Source: Octopus vulgaris (taxonomy: Eukaryota). Taken from it: a stretch of 64,000 bases of DNA. The DNA is taken from NCBI GenBank assembly GCA_951406725.2, contig OX597829.1, positions 38,502,001 to 38,566,000 of the forward strand. Direction: 5' to 3'. Below, one piece after another: positions 62,114 through 64,000 of this stretch. The stretch's first letter is position 1, and every line of letters starts with the position of its first letter. The notes below the pieces were generated by a model. It worked only from the letters and a program-made list of their open reading frames with translations. It ran no database searches and was not told where the DNA came from. The translations under genes and the position numbers were made by a program.

Positions 62114-63196
62114 ACAGAACTTTTGTATTGGCTTGTGAGATCTATTCAAAGAATTATGCTGAATAAAACTGAATGCATATTTGGTTACTGTCACTACGCC
62201 ATGTTTAATAAAACAGTTTTACTATTTTTTTTTTTTTTTTATAATATTTAAATGTTAAAAAAACTTTTCAAATAATATAGTAGAAGAAGATAGAAAAAAT
62301 ATCACAAAATCTCTAACTCTTGACAGTTGAGGCAGAACTCTAACATGTTTGAATTGAAATGATGCAGAGATATCCATAGATCTTTTTTAGTTCTTCATCA
62401 CTCTCTGTTCCTGTTCAAATGAAATGAAGAAGTAGCTACTATTGTAAGACAAACAAAGCATTTTATTTATAAAATCACATTGTCACAGCTTTAAAATGTC
62501 TGATTCCATAGATCACAATACTTCAAGCAGATTTCACAAACAGGTTTAAAAAAAAAACATTTTACATACAAAATAACACTGAAATGGAATTTTGAAAGAT
62601 ATGTTTCCGAGAAGACTAATTTGGAAATAACAAATTGTTTTTATCCTACTGTAAAAATTGATTCTTAATACAAAGCTTATAAACTGTGTTGATTATTTCT
62701 GTATATAATTCAAGTTATCACACCAATTCAGTGTTTATTCTTCTTAAGTATTTTTATCCAGCGGTATTAGTAAAATCTACACTTCACTGAAGAGATTTTA
62801 ATAAGATTGAAACATATCCTGAGTTGCCACCCACCTGCCAAAATCAGAATTACATACTACTCACTGCCTACATTGCATTTGTAGTTACTTTTTTATTAAT
62901 GAAAATTTCTGGACAAAGAAGGAATGGGTTGTCAACCATGAAACTAATGATTATTCACCCTTATTAAATCAGAAATTCTGATTAAAAACATTTTGTCCCA
63001 CAAAATTGAATATATTAATGTCAATTTGAATATTTAGGACAAAGATTTAATTCTAACTATCACACATTCATGATGGTTTTTACCTTAACTTATATCAAAA
63101 ACTTCAAAAACTTACAAAAACTTTAATGGCGGTGCCCCAGCATGGCCACAGCTCATTAGCTGAAACTGGAAAAATCAAAATCAAAATATCCATTTA

Positions 63197-63656
63197 GGTG
63201 CAGGTGTGGCTATGTGGTAAAAGGCTTGCTTCCCAACCACATGGTTCTGAGTTCAGTCCCCTCGCATAGCACCTTGGGCAAGTGTCTTGGGCTGACCAAA
63301 GCTTTGTGAGTGGATTTGGCAGACAGAAAACTGAAAGAAGCCCATCATGTATATATTTCTGTGTGTGTGTGTGTGCAGATATTTTCCTCATTCTAGCATG
63401 GAACATGAACATTAAATGATGATGGTGATGATTTCTGTGTGTGTCTTTGTGTCTATGTTTGTCCCCGCACCATCACTTGTCAATTGATGTTGGTGTGTTT
63501 ACGTCCCCATAACTCAGCAGTTCAGCAAAAGAGACCAATAGAATAAGTACTAGGCTTACAAAGAATAAGTGCTGGAGCTGATTTCTTTGACTAAAACCCA
63601 AAGTGATGTTCCAGTATGGCCACAGTCAAGACTGAAACAAGTAAAAGTATAAAAGA
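63197..63656 (+). mobile_element. SINE family A with a short E/C-type tail fragment in its microsatellite
   Basis: Head and tail present. AGCATGGAAC...TTAAATGATGATGGTGATG at about 63385-63432. Confidence 0.8.
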
Positions 63657-64000
63657 ACCATAACTTCAAACTTTTGCTAATCCCTATTTATTCTTTTCTT
63701 TGTATTCAATATATAATTCTACCTTTCTTGATACATTTATTAACTTCATTTAAAAAATTTTCTTCAATTTCCTATCCCTATTTAGTTAATTATCACAATC
63801 TTTAATTTCTATTTTATCTTGCAATTAAATATTACACACACACAAACAAAAAAAAATTAAAAACTTAGTCTATAAGTATAATTTTCTTTTTAAATTTAGA
63901 CTTTACATGCATTTTTGAAAATGGAATTAGTTGAATGGAATCTTTAACCTTTTTGACACCTACTCACATGTGACTGCCTTTAGTTCTCTCAGATAAAACC

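Noticed and set aside
62340-62411. Minus-strand exon candidate TESDEELKKIYGYLCIISIQTC*
   Set aside because: No phase-compatible neighbour found and no recognisable homology.

Overview
AT-rich eukaryotic (animal) DNA, mostly intronic or intergenic and packed with microsatellites and small transposable elements. The repeat families resemble those I recall from octopus genomes, so an octopod origin is my inference and is not verified. No intact, recognisable protein-coding gene is visible. Almost all ORF-track entries are translations of SINEs or microsatellites. Supported content: (1) several tRNA-derived SINE families, labelled here A, D, E, F and G, with CORE-like, Meta-like and V-like domains and clear module swapping; (2) RTE-type non-autonomous elements and RTE and R4/Dong LINE 3' fragments; (3) three TTAA-flanked piggyBac-like MITE families; (4) two Helitron ends; (5) a decayed Tc1/mariner-superfamily element with DD41D (rosa-type) spacing; (6) Penelope-like fragments with degenerate minimal hammerhead-ribozyme cores. 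The most unusual signals are a TSD-flanked SINE joining a tRNA-type Pol III head to a hammerhead fold (24243-24505) and three long palindromic insertions with one-sided tails, two of them with 12-bp TSDs. A few weak minus-strand exon candidates are also present. Family names come from memory of motifs, and repeat boundaries are approximate unless a TSD or TIR is quoted.
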